Shown piece by piece: positions 36,721-45,667 of a DNA stretch of 64,000 nucleotides. The stretch is from Clostridia bacterium (GTDB lineage Bacteria > Bacillota > Clostridia > Oscillospirales > Acutalibacteraceae). Position 1 is the first letter of the stretch. Each line of letters starts with the position of its first letter. The notes under the pieces were generated by a model. It was not told where the DNA came from. It saw only the letters and a list, made by a program, of their open reading frames with translations, and ran no database searches. The stretch is taken from NCBI GenBank assembly GCA_017625835.1, contig JAGAKF010000057.1, forward strand, positions 14,662 through 78,661, written 5' to 3'. The translations under genes and the position numbers were made by a program.

Positions 36721-38937
36721 TTATTTCGTCGTGCTTCCGAATCCGCCGTTGCGGACATCAGTCACATCATCATCAAATGTGATACCGTACTCAACGAAAA
36801 TACCCTGGGCAAAGCCCTGACCTTTTTTGACTTCAACGATTTTTCCTTCGTTGGAGTCATTTGTTATTTTAATAAAGATATGTCCTTCATTATCCGAGTA
36901 GAAATAATCGCTGTCGATTATGCCGACGGTGTTATTGAGCTGAAGACGGAACTTGAAGCCGAGTCCGCTTCGCGGATAAACCTTAAGCACCCAGCCTTCC
37001 TCGATTTCACAACGGATACCCGTCGGGATTTTAATTGTCTCGCCGGGTTTAAGAGTAAAGTCGACAGGACTGAAAATATCGTAACCTGCAGAACCTGAAG
37101 TTGCACGGCGCGGAAGCATTATCTCGTCGTAAATCGTCTTTATCTCATCGGGTGTTCCGCCGAAATCATCTGCCCATGTATCGCAGAAGTTTTCAAAGCT
37201 AACCTTGCTGAACTGTGCAACACGCTTGATGTCAGAAGCTTTGTTTCTACGGATTCTTCTTTCCCTCTTCTTTTCTTTTTCAGCTTCTTTTTCCTTGTCT
37301 TTTTCTCTATCTTTCTTCTTCTCTGTTTCTTCCGCAACAAATTTGCCCTTATGGACCACATCGATTACGTGATGTGCCTGTTCGAATGCTTTAACACCAA
37401 GCTTCTGCACGGGAGCAATCGAAGGAAGGAAATGGTCAATATCGTGCTTGAGATATTCTGCTATTGCGGTAATCGGCGGTTTACTTGACGGCAAGAAAGA
37501 AACTTCATCGTCATCAAAAGTAAACTTGATAATTCGCTGACAGACAGCCTCAATCGGTCGCACGTGAATCGTAAGTTCATTCTGCGTTGTCCAGGCTGCT
37601 GTTGCATTCGCCGTAAACGGCATCTGCGCAAGAGTCATCGGACTACGACGTGGTTTACCGTCCATACCGCAGACAATTTTGTTCTGCTCATCGCCCTCAA
37701 CCCAGCTCATTGTGCAGGTATCCTCGAAGAATTCAAATACAACATCAGTAATGCCGCCTGCTCTGTCTCCTGACATATAAACAATCGGCATCGGGAGCAT
37801 ACTTGCAGGAAAGCCTGCGGCAGAAAGAACCATATTCTTTGAAAATTTCATTTTCTTTCCGTGAAGCCACTCTTCAAGGAGACTTCTCTGCATTGCGGGA
37901 AGATCATCGTCAAGCGCGGCCAATGCAGGTTTCTCTTCGGGAGTTACTTCCGAATCGTCTTCTATAAGGCACTTCGGGAAATGGCGCCAGATGCAGTCAC
38001 GCGTTTTCTGTTCGTTGACTTCGCCTGCTGTCATAATAAACGAAGCGTCATAATCCTTTGCAACAATACCGAACTGAGAAAACATTCCGTCAGCTCTGTA
38101 ACCGTTAACGCCCGCACAGCGCCAGAAGCAGTAGCCGTAACCTGACTGTGAATCGGGAGACTTGTTTACTGCGGAATTGTCCGCCTGAATCTTCTGAGAT
38201 TTATGAACCCAATCAGCAGGAATAATCTGCTGACCGTTAAACATACCCTTCTGCTGGTAGCAAAGCGTAAATTTTGCAACGTCTTCGGTTTTAAGGAAGA
38301 GGCCCCATCCGCCTGCTTCAATACCGTCAATGTCGTGCTCCCAGAACGGAATATCAATTCCGAGAGGCTCAAACAGACGCGGTGTAAGGTATTCGATAAC
38401 GCTCATACCTGTAACCTTTGTAAGCATTGCGCAGAGCATATACTGGTTTTCGCTTATGTATTCCCAACCCTCACCGGGTTTGAATTTCCACGGAGCGTCA
38501 AAGAAATCCTTGATCCACTGATTCTTGCCCTTGTCAGTGAAAACGCTTACGCTTTTGCCCGACTGCATTGAGAGAAGATGATGCACATTAAGGAGCTCCA
38601 GGTTTTCGTCAGGCTCATCCTCGCAGTATTCGGGAAAAATATCAATAAGCCTTGTATCAAGAGACAGAAGACCTTCATTGATTGCAAATCCGACCGCCGC
38701 AGAAGTAAAACTCTTGCTGACGGAATACATTGCGTGTGGCATATCTGCCGAATACGGATCTGCCCAAGATTCAAAAGCAACCTTACCGTGCCTTAAAATC
38801 ATAATGCTGTGGACTTCGATTCCGCTTTCTTTAAAATCTTTTATGAGCTCGGCAACTTCTCTTGAAGAAACGCCGACCTGCTCAGGGTAGTCAGCCCTTT
38901 CGAGGCTGATTTTTCTTTTATTTTCCAAACCTATCAC
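36721..38937 (-). CDS. fusion protein: beta-lactamase-family serine hydrolase + K/E-rich linker + dUTPase
   Basis: N-terminal SxxK motif (YSVSKSF). The C-terminal ~170 aa carry dUTPase motifs SAGYDIF, VGIIDSDY and GGFGSTTK. It is a single uninterrupted ORF with no in-frame start at the dUTPase boundary. Confidence 0.7.
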   Translation of the reverse strand: MIGLENKRKISLERADYPEQVGVSSREVAELIKDFKESGIEVHSIMILRHGKVAFESWADPYSADMPHAMYSVSKSFTSAAVGFAINEGLLSLDTRLIDIFPEYCEDEPDENLELLNVHHLLSMQSGKSVSVFTDKGKNQWIKDFFDAPWKFKPGEGWEYISENQYMLCAMLTKVTGMSVIEYLTPRLFEPLGIDIPFWEHDIDGIEAGGWGLFLKTEDVAKFTLCYQQKGMFNGQQIIPADWVHKSQKIQADNSAVNKSPDSQSGYGYCFWRCAGVNGYRADGMFSQFGIVAKDYDASFIMTAGEVNEQKTRDCIWRHFPKCLIEDDSEVTPEEKPALAALDDDLPAMQRSLLEEWLHGKKMKFSKNMVLSAAGFPASMLPMPIVYMSGDRAGGITDVVFEFFEDTCTMSWVEGDEQNKIVCGMDGKPRRSPMTLAQMPFTANATAAWTTQNELTIHVRPIEAVCQRIIKFTFDDDEVSFLPSSKPPITAIAEYLKHDIDHFLPSIAPVQKLGVKAFEQAHHVIDVVHKGKFVAEETEKKKDREKDKEKEAEKEKKRERRIRRNKASDIKRVAQFSKVSFENFCDTWADDFGGTPDEIKTIYDEIMLPRRATSGSAGYDIFSPVDFTLKPGETIKIPTGIRCEIEEGWVLKVYPRSGLGFKFRLQLNNTVGIIDSDYFYSDNEGHIFIKITNDSNEGKIVEVKKGQGFAQGIFVEYGITFDDDVTDVRNGGFGSTTK

Positions 38938-38949
38938 CTCAAAAATAAT

Positions 38950-40176
38950 TTACTGTGCTTTCTTACTTTTATCTCTTTTTTTGAAAAAGAACACCTGTGC
39001 TGCAATTATTGCTCCGCCACAGAGAACAACTGCAATAAACCGTCCGATTGTGAAATCGAACTTAAGAGTAACTGCCTTTTTTTCGCCCGGGGTAAGATTA
39101 TCGTATGCAGACTGCAGGGCGTGGCGCGCATTCTGCAACTCAGATAAAGAACCTGTACCGCTAAGGAGATTCTGCGCCGTTTCCAGAGCTGATTTAAAAT
39201 CATTCTCCGTATCCGTCGTATGCGGCTGAAGATCAGTTGACTTGTATAAATCAACGTAGTAACTAAGCGTTTCCCTTTCGTCGTCGATCTGCGCAAGATA
39301 TTCGTTGAACTGCTCGGGATAATCGGTTTCAATTACGGAATACCCGTTTACAATAAGGTCGTCCCAGCCTCTTTCGCTGTCGGGACGTTTACCGCTTCGT
39401 CCGTTTACCGTTGAAACCATTGCTTTGCCGTTTTTGTCAAAACGTTTCATAAGAAAATCGTCGTAAAGCACACCGTTTGCATTTGCGCTTCCGAGCTCAA
39501 CTATGTTCATTCCGTTTTCGAAGGACTTCTTCACGGCTGAAGTTGCCAGGAAAATTATGTTGCCCTGATAGTTGCCGAAAACAGTAATGTCATCATAAGC
39601 AGACGTTGTCTTTACGATATCCGATATTGAATCCGAAACAAAACGGAAAACCACCTTGTCTGTTGCGTCAAGCTCTTTCACCTGAGCGTAAACCGATTCA
39701 AAATCTTCACAGTAAGTATTAAGGATAATAACCGAATCTTCACTTGTTTCCGAAACAACAGCCTCAAGGCTTGCAACGTGGCAATCAGTTTTTTTGTTGT
39801 GTGCAGATCCGTTGCCTGCACGAAGATACAGCGACGTCAACTCCTCAAGAGTTTTTTCGGCTACTGCCCCCGAAACAGTATTGCCCTCGGCATCAACAAC
39901 CATTCTGTCCGTTGTATCGTCCGCCATAAGGACAACCTTTTTGTCCTCGGTCACCTGAAGATCAACTGAAACAAAACCGTATTCCGACCCTGCCTTTACA
40001 GCTTCTGCTGAATTTTCGGGGTAAGAATGCCAGTCACCTCTGTGGACAATACAGATGATTTTTTCTGCCGAATCAAGGTCTTCTTTTGTCGCCGCGCCGG
40101 CACTCGTCACAAAGGTATTTGCCAGAAGTGTCAGAACCAATACCGATAATGCTATTTTATTCAAAAAACGAACCAT
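38950..40176 (-). CDS. glycerophosphodiester phosphodiesterase family protein, secreted with a C-terminal membrane anchor
   Basis: Signal peptide, GDPD motif VHRGDWHSYPENS, and a C-terminal TM helix followed by KKRDKSKK. Confidence 0.7.
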   Translation of the reverse strand: MVRFLNKIALSVLVLTLLANTFVTSAGAATKEDLDSAEKIICIVHRGDWHSYPENSAEAVKAGSEYGFVSVDLQVTEDKKVVLMADDTTDRMVVDAEGNTVSGAVAEKTLEELTSLYLRAGNGSAHNKKTDCHVASLEAVVSETSEDSVIILNTYCEDFESVYAQVKELDATDKVVFRFVSDSISDIVKTTSAYDDITVFGNYQGNIIFLATSAVKKSFENGMNIVELGSANANGVLYDDFLMKRFDKNGKAMVSTVNGRSGKRPDSERGWDDLIVNGYSVIETDYPEQFNEYLAQIDDERETLSYYVDLYKSTDLQPHTTDTENDFKSALETAQNLLSGTGSLSELQNARHALQSAYDNLTPGEKKAVTLKFDFTIGRFIAVVLCGGAIIAAQVFFFKKRDKSKKAQ

Positions 40177-40256
40177 TTTGTTCTCCTATGTCTGATTTTT
40201 ATATTATTGTAGCACAAAATTCATAAAAAATAAAGAAAAAATTTTTATATTTTTTA

Positions 40257-40273
40257 GCAAACAAATGTTTGCT
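40257..40273. promoter_or_regulatory. candidate LexA (SOS) operator
   Basis: Perfect palindrome AGCAAACAAATGTTTGCT about 60 nt upstream of lexA. It resembles the Gram-positive CGAAC-N4-GTTCG box with a variant core. Confidence 0.5.
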
Positions 40274-40331
40274 TTTTATGAAATTATGTGTTATAATGAC
40301 CTCAAGAATAGTGTAAAGAAGGGATTTTGCA

Positions 40332-40919
40332 ATGCAGATTAACGATACACAACGAAAAATATATGAATTCCTTGTTGAAAGAAGTACTGACGGTGTGCCA
40401 CCTTCCGTGCGAGAAATCGGTGCAGCAGTCGGCCTTCGTTCAACGTCATCCGTTCAGTCTAATCTCGACGCACTCGAGGCAGCAGGTTACATTCAGCGTG
40501 ACCCTCTCCTCAAGCGTTCAATCCGCATTATGGGACAGGCCGACAACGTAACTCAGGTGCCGATTCTCGGTACCGTTACTGCAGGTGCGCCGATCCTTGC
40601 CGTTGAGCAGATTGAAGGCTACTTCCCCTACACGGGAACTGTTACAAGGGACAAGCCTCTCTTCGCGCTTCACGTCCGCGGTGAAAGTATGATTCAGGCA
40701 GGCATACTTGACGGTGACCTTGTTATTGCAGAAAAAACACCGTTCGCAAGGAACGGTGAAATCGTTATCGCTATGGTTGATGACGAAGCAACGTGTAAAA
40801 CATTCTATAAGGAAAACGGACATTTCCGTCTTCAGCCCGAAAACGATACTTACGAGCCGATTATTGTTGACGACTGTTCCATTCTCGGTAAAGTCGTTGC
40901 GGTTATGAGATACTATTAA
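40332..40919 (+). CDS. lexA: LexA repressor
   Basis: Winged-helix N-terminus, an Ala-Gly cleavage region (VTAGAP), and the S24 peptidase Ser (GESM) / Lys (CKTF). Confidence 0.95.
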   Translation: MQINDTQRKIYEFLVERSTDGVPPSVREIGAAVGLRSTSSVQSNLDALEAAGYIQRDPLLKRSIRIMGQADNVTQVPILGTVTAGAPILAVEQIEGYFPYTGTVTRDKPLFALHVRGESMIQAGILDGDLVIAEKTPFARNGEIVIAMVDDEATCKTFYKENGHFRLQPENDTYEPIIVDDCSILGKVVAVMRYY

Positions 40920-40959
40920 TCCGAAGAAACAAAAAATCACCGCAAAAGCGGTGATTTTT

Positions 40960-41310
40960 TTATATTGTAAGAATTCCGATAATCCACAGTGAAATAAAGA
41001 CAAAGACAACAGCGATGATTATGTATAGGTAATACATTATAGTTTTAAGAATGTACTTGAACTTCTTTTCCTTATTATCTGCAAGTGCGGCACGCTCTGC
41101 GCTGACCTTCTGCGCAGCAATGATGATCGTCACGAGAAGAATAAGAGCAACAACAACACCAACTATAAAAGGAAGTTCAAAGTCGCTTGTCCGTAAAAAA
41201 TAGCCGGCAACAGCGACAGCCAGGGAAATTACAAGCCATATGTACTTTTCAAACGGTTTCGGAAGCTTTTCTGTTTTCACAGTCTTTTCCTGTTCATTCA
41301 TCGCTATCAC
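40960..41310 (-). CDS. hypothetical membrane protein
   Basis: 116 aa with three hydrophobic helices. Confidence 0.5.
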   Translation of the reverse strand: MIAMNEQEKTVKTEKLPKPFEKYIWLVISLAVAVAGYFLRTSDFELPFIVGVVVALILLVTIIIAAQKVSAERAALADNKEKKFKYILKTIMYYLYIIIAVVFVFISLWIIGILTI

Positions 41311-41460
41311 CCCTTATAAATCAAGATCGGAAATATAATATCACACTAAAACATTAAATTCAATACAAAGATTAATTTTTATTACTATTGCATTGTAATT
41401 TTCTGTATGATAAAATTAAAATGTTATTTTCTTTCAAATAAAAGCAAGGAGGCTTATATT

Positions 41461-42582
41461 ATGCAGAAAAGAAAATTTGAAAATCTTGGCGCTGAAGCTT
41501 CACTCCTCGGCTTCGGTTGTATGCGTTTCCCGATGAAAGACGGAAAAATCGACGAGGTTGAAGCCGAAAAACTGCTTGACCGCGCAATGCAGGCAGGCGT
41601 TAATTACTACGACACAGCTTATCCTTACCACGACGGTGAAAGCGAACCTTTCGTTGGTAAGGCTTTGAAAAAATACGACAGAGAGTCATTCTACCTTGCA
41701 ACAAAACTGCCGATCTGGAAGCTTGATTCAATCGCAGACGTTGAAAGAATCTTCAATGACCAGTTGGAAAGACTCGGCGTTGACTACGTTGACTTCTACC
41801 TTCTACACGCAGTTGATATGGAGAAATGGAAGACTATTCTTGAGCTTGGTATCCTTGACTACTGCGACAATCTTAAGAAAGAGGGCAAAATCCGTTATTT
41901 CGGCTTCTCGTTCCACGATGAATACGAAGCTTTTGAGGAAATTATTTCTTACAGAAAGTGGGATTTTGTTCAGCTTCAGCTTAACTACATTGATATCCGT
42001 GAGCAGGCAGGACTTCGCGGTGTTGAGCTCTGCAAGAAGCTCGGTGTGCCGATCATCGTAATGGAACCCGTAAAGGGCGGTACGCTCGCAAAGCTTCCCG
42101 ATGAAGTTGAGGCAAAGTTCAAGGCCGTTGACCCCGATGCAACAACAGCTTCCTGGGCAATGCGCTGGTGCGGAACGCTTGACGGAGTCAAGGTCATCCT
42201 CAGCGGTATGAGCACAATGGAGCAGGTTGAAGATAACCTTAAAACTTTCGGCGACTTCAAGGTGCTTGACGAAAGTGAAAAAGCTCTTGTTCAGGATGTT
42301 GCAGATACGCTCAACAGCAGAATGAGAAACGGATGCACAGACTGCCGTTACTGTATGCCCTGCCCCGCAGGCGTCAATATTCCCGCAAACTTCGACCGTT
42401 GGAACAAGTATGCAGTTTACGGAAACGTCGAGGACGCGAAAAACCGTTGGGCAAACCTTAAAGATGAAGAAAAAGCGCACAACTGCATTGAGTGCGGTGC
42501 ATGCGAAACAAAATGTCCGCAGAAAATCAGCATCCGCGAAGACCTTGCAAGACTTCAGAAAGAGATGGATGCACTTAAATGA
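41461..42582 (+). CDS. aldo/keto reductase with a C-terminal 4Fe-4S ferredoxin-type domain
   Basis: ATG at 41461 behind RBS AAGGAGG. AKR core (YYDTAYPYHDGESE) plus CRYCMPCP and CIECGACETKCP cluster motifs. Confidence 0.8.
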   Translation: MQKRKFENLGAEASLLGFGCMRFPMKDGKIDEVEAEKLLDRAMQAGVNYYDTAYPYHDGESEPFVGKALKKYDRESFYLATKLPIWKLDSIADVERIFNDQLERLGVDYVDFYLLHAVDMEKWKTILELGILDYCDNLKKEGKIRYFGFSFHDEYEAFEEIISYRKWDFVQLQLNYIDIREQAGLRGVELCKKLGVPIIVMEPVKGGTLAKLPDEVEAKFKAVDPDATTASWAMRWCGTLDGVKVILSGMSTMEQVEDNLKTFGDFKVLDESEKALVQDVADTLNSRMRNGCTDCRYCMPCPAGVNIPANFDRWNKYAVYGNVEDAKNRWANLKDEEKAHNCIECGACETKCPQKISIREDLARLQKEMDALK

Positions 42583-43118
42583 AAAGGAAATCCAAAGCAA
42601 CAAAAACAGCCCTCGGCGCAATGCTGACGGCGCTCAGCATTGTTCTACCGCAGCTTTTCCACCTTACGGGCATACCTCAGGTCGGCGCCGTTTTTCTGCC
42701 GATGCATATTCCCGTTCTGCTTGCAGGGTTTACTCTCGGACCTGTATATGGTTCATTTATCGGAATAATTGCGCCCATCGTCAGCCACCTGCTTACAAAT
42801 ATGCCTGCTTCGGCAAGGTTACCGTTTATGGTAGTTGAGCTTCTGGTTTACGGCCTCGCAAGCGGACTTTTTTATCACACGCTGAAACTCAAGAATAAAA
42901 AATTCGGCACTGTGATTTCACTTGTTCTCGCAATGATTATCGGCCGTGTTTTCTATGCCATTGCCCTTGTTATTGCAGGCAAGGTTTTCGGCATTGAGGC
43001 AGGCGGTGCAATCGCGGCTGTAACGGCAACTGTTACGGGAAGCTACGGAATCGGACTTCAGCTTATCACCATTCCGCCTGTCGTATATGCTGTTAAAAGA
43101 GGTGGATTCATCAAGTGA
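42579..43118 (+). CDS. ECF transporter S-component-like membrane protein
   Basis: 179-aa polytopic protein. Its start overlaps the upstream stop (ATGA). Confidence 0.6.
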   Translation: MKRKSKATKTALGAMLTALSIVLPQLFHLTGIPQVGAVFLPMHIPVLLAGFTLGPVYGSFIGIIAPIVSHLLTNMPASARLPFMVVELLVYGLASGLFYHTLKLKNKKFGTVISLVLAMIIGRVFYAIALVIAGKVFGIEAGGAIAAVTATVTGSYGIGLQLITIPPVVYAVKRGGFIK

Positions 43119-43540
43119 GTGACATTCTTACAGCAAAAGATTTGCTGAAAAAAGAAAATGCAACGTTCGTTGCCGTCAACGGAGAAAAGATTTTTATATC
43201 TCATTCACGCGGAGTTGCGCCGATTATCGAAATAATCGACAGCGATGCCGAACTGCTTTGCGGTGCATCAGTAGCGGACAAAGTTATCGGCAAGGCGGCG
43301 GCAATGTTGCTTTCCAAATACAAAGTCAAGGAAATTCACGCTTTACTCGTCAGCGAAAAAGCGCTTGAATATCTTGACAAAAAAAGTATTTCCGTTACTT
43401 ACGACAACGTCGTTGCGCATATAATAAACCGTAACAAAACAGATATGTGCCCGATGGAAAAATGCGTGCTTAACACAACTGACGAAGACGAGGCAGAAGA
43501 GCTTATCCGCCGTAAACGTCAGGAATTAATGAACAGATAA
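43115..43540 (+). CDS. DUF1893 domain protein
   Basis: GTG start overlapping the upstream stop (GTGA). ...SHSRGVAPIIEIID...DKVIGKAAAMLL resembles DUF1893 (TM1506-like). Confidence 0.55.
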   Translation: MSDILTAKDLLKKENATFVAVNGEKIFISHSRGVAPIIEIIDSDAELLCGASVADKVIGKAAAMLLSKYKVKEIHALLVSEKALEYLDKKSISVTYDNVVAHIINRNKTDMCPMEKCVLNTTDEDEAEELIRRKRQELMNR

Positions 43541-43552
43541 GGAGAAATTATT

Positions 43553-43897
43553 ATGCCGATGATATCAACAAAAACATCAACACCCATCACTGCTGAGCAG
43601 GAGCTTATCCTTAAAGACAAGCTCGGAAAAGCAATCGAATGCCTTGCCGGCAAAAGCGATGCCTGGCTTATGCTCGGCTTTGAAGACAACTGCAGACTCT
43701 GGTTCAGGGGCGACAATTCAGCTCCCCTCGCTTACGTTGAAGTAAGCGCGCTCGGAAAAATCAATCCGTCCGATGCCGAAGACCTTACGGCAGAAATCTG
43801 CAACATTTTTAAAGAAGTTCTCGGAATTGACGGAAGCGGTGTTTACGTAAAATACGAAGAAACCGACAAATGGGGCTTCAATGGCGGAAATTTCTGA
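43553..43897 (+). CDS. MIF/tautomerase-superfamily protein (Pro-1)
   Basis: MP at the N-terminus, 114 aa, MIF-like length and pattern. Confidence 0.6.
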   Translation: MPMISTKTSTPITAEQELILKDKLGKAIECLAGKSDAWLMLGFEDNCRLWFRGDNSAPLAYVEVSALGKINPSDAEDLTAEICNIFKEVLGIDGSGVYVKYEETDKWGFNGGNF

Positions 43898-43986
43898 TAA
43901 AATAATAAAAAGAAAGGCGGTAAAGTGTTGACTTTACCGCTTTAAAGTATTATACTAATTGAAATTGTTTAAAAGGAAGACAAACT

Positions 43987-45630
43987 ATGCCGATTACAGA
44001 AATACTTGACAAGAACGCGACGCTCTATCCCGATGACGTCGCCCTTATCGAAATCAACCCAAAAAATGAAGCTGAAGGTGCCCGTGTTACATGGCGTGAC
44101 TATTCACTTATCGAGGCAAAGCCTGACGAAGCTTACCGCCGTGAAATCACTTGGAAAGACTTCAATAAAAAGTCTAACCGTTTTGCCAACCTCCTTATGA
44201 CAAGAGGTATCAAAAAAGGTGACAAAGTTTCTATTCTTATGATGAACTGCCTTGAATGGTTGCCGATTTATTTTGGTATCCTTAAGGCGGGTGCAATCGC
44301 TGTTCCTCTCAACTACCGTTATACAGCTGAAGAAATCAAATACTGCGTAAACAAATCTGATTCCGAGTTCGTTGTTTTCGGACCCGAGTTCATCGGACGT
44401 ATTGAGGAAATCTGCCACAGAATGCCCAAAGTAAAAATGTGGCTTTACGCAGGCGAAGGCTGTCCGACTTTTGCAGAGAGCTACGAGTCACTTATCCAGT
44501 ACTGTTCAACTCACGCTCCGAAAGTTGAAATCAGCGATGACGATTACGGTGCAATCTACTTCTCTTCGGGAACAACAGGTTTCCCGAAGGCAATCTTACA
44601 TAAACACGAAAGCCTTGTTCACGCGGCACGCGTTGAGCAGAACCACCACTCACAGACAAAGGATGACGTTTTCCTTTGCATCCCTCCCCTTTACCATACA
44701 GGTGCGAAGATGCACTGGTTCGGTTCATTCCTTGTTGGCGGTAAAGCAGTTCTTCTCAAGGGTATCAAGCCCGAATGGATCTTAAAGGCTGTTTCTGAAG
44801 AAAAATGTTCTATCGTCTGGCTTCTCGTGCCATGGGCTCAGGATATTCTTGACTACATTGACCGCGGTGACATCAACCTTGACGATTATGAACTTTCACA
44901 GTGGAGACTTATGCACATCGGCGCTCAGCCGGTTCCGCCGAGCCTCATCAGACGTTGGAAGTCAATTTTCCCGAACCATGACTACGATACAAACTACGGC
45001 CTCAGCGAATCAATCGGACCGGGTTGCGTTCACCTCGGCGTTGAAAACATTCACAAGGTCGGCGCAATCGGTAAAGCAGGTTTCGGTTGGGAAGTTAAAA
45101 TTGTTGATATGCAAAGAAACGAAGTTGCACAGGGTGATGTCGGCGAGCTTGCAGTTAAGGGCCCGGGCGTTATGACCTGCTACTACAACGACGAGCAGTC
45201 AACAAACGAAGTTCTCGCTGACGGCTGGCTCTTCACAGGCGATATGGCTCAGGAAGACGAGGACGGATTCATCTATCTCGTTGACCGTAAAAAGGACGTT
45301 ATTATCTCCGGCGGTGAAAACCTTTATCCCGTTCAGATTGAAGACTTCCTTCGCAAGAATGATGCAATCAAGGACGTTGCAGTTATCGGTATTCCCGACG
45401 CCCGTCTTGGTGAAATTGCAGCAGCTGTTATCGAAGTTAAGCCCGAATGCACTCTTACTGAAGAAGATGTCAACGACTTCTGCCTTGACCTTCCGAAGTA
45501 TAAGAGACCGAGAAAGATTATCTTCAGCGAAGTTCCGCGTAACCCGACAGGTAAAATCGAAAAGCCTGTTCTTCGTAAAAGATACTGCGGTGAAAGCGTC
45601 GTTGCTCAACAGAACGAAATCAATAAATAA
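43987..45630 (+). CDS. AMP-binding acyl-CoA synthetase (paralog 3, medium-chain/aryl type)
   Basis: YFSSGTTGFPKAI, YGLSE, TGDMA and GKIEK motifs. Confidence 0.8.
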   Translation: MPITEILDKNATLYPDDVALIEINPKNEAEGARVTWRDYSLIEAKPDEAYRREITWKDFNKKSNRFANLLMTRGIKKGDKVSILMMNCLEWLPIYFGILKAGAIAVPLNYRYTAEEIKYCVNKSDSEFVVFGPEFIGRIEEICHRMPKVKMWLYAGEGCPTFAESYESLIQYCSTHAPKVEISDDDYGAIYFSSGTTGFPKAILHKHESLVHAARVEQNHHSQTKDDVFLCIPPLYHTGAKMHWFGSFLVGGKAVLLKGIKPEWILKAVSEEKCSIVWLLVPWAQDILDYIDRGDINLDDYELSQWRLMHIGAQPVPPSLIRRWKSIFPNHDYDTNYGLSESIGPGCVHLGVENIHKVGAIGKAGFGWEVKIVDMQRNEVAQGDVGELAVKGPGVMTCYYNDEQSTNEVLADGWLFTGDMAQEDEDGFIYLVDRKKDVIISGGENLYPVQIEDFLRKNDAIKDVAVIGIPDARLGEIAAAVIEVKPECTLTEEDVNDFCLDLPKYKRPRKIIFSEVPRNPTGKIEKPVLRKRYCGESVVAQQNEINK

Positions 45631-45667
45631 CAAAAAGGTAGCAACTTTTGGTTGCTACCTTAATTTT

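Noticed and set aside
41803-42621. 272-aa minus-strand ORF
   Set aside because: It is antisense to the aldo/keto reductase gene, which has clear family motifs and an RBS.
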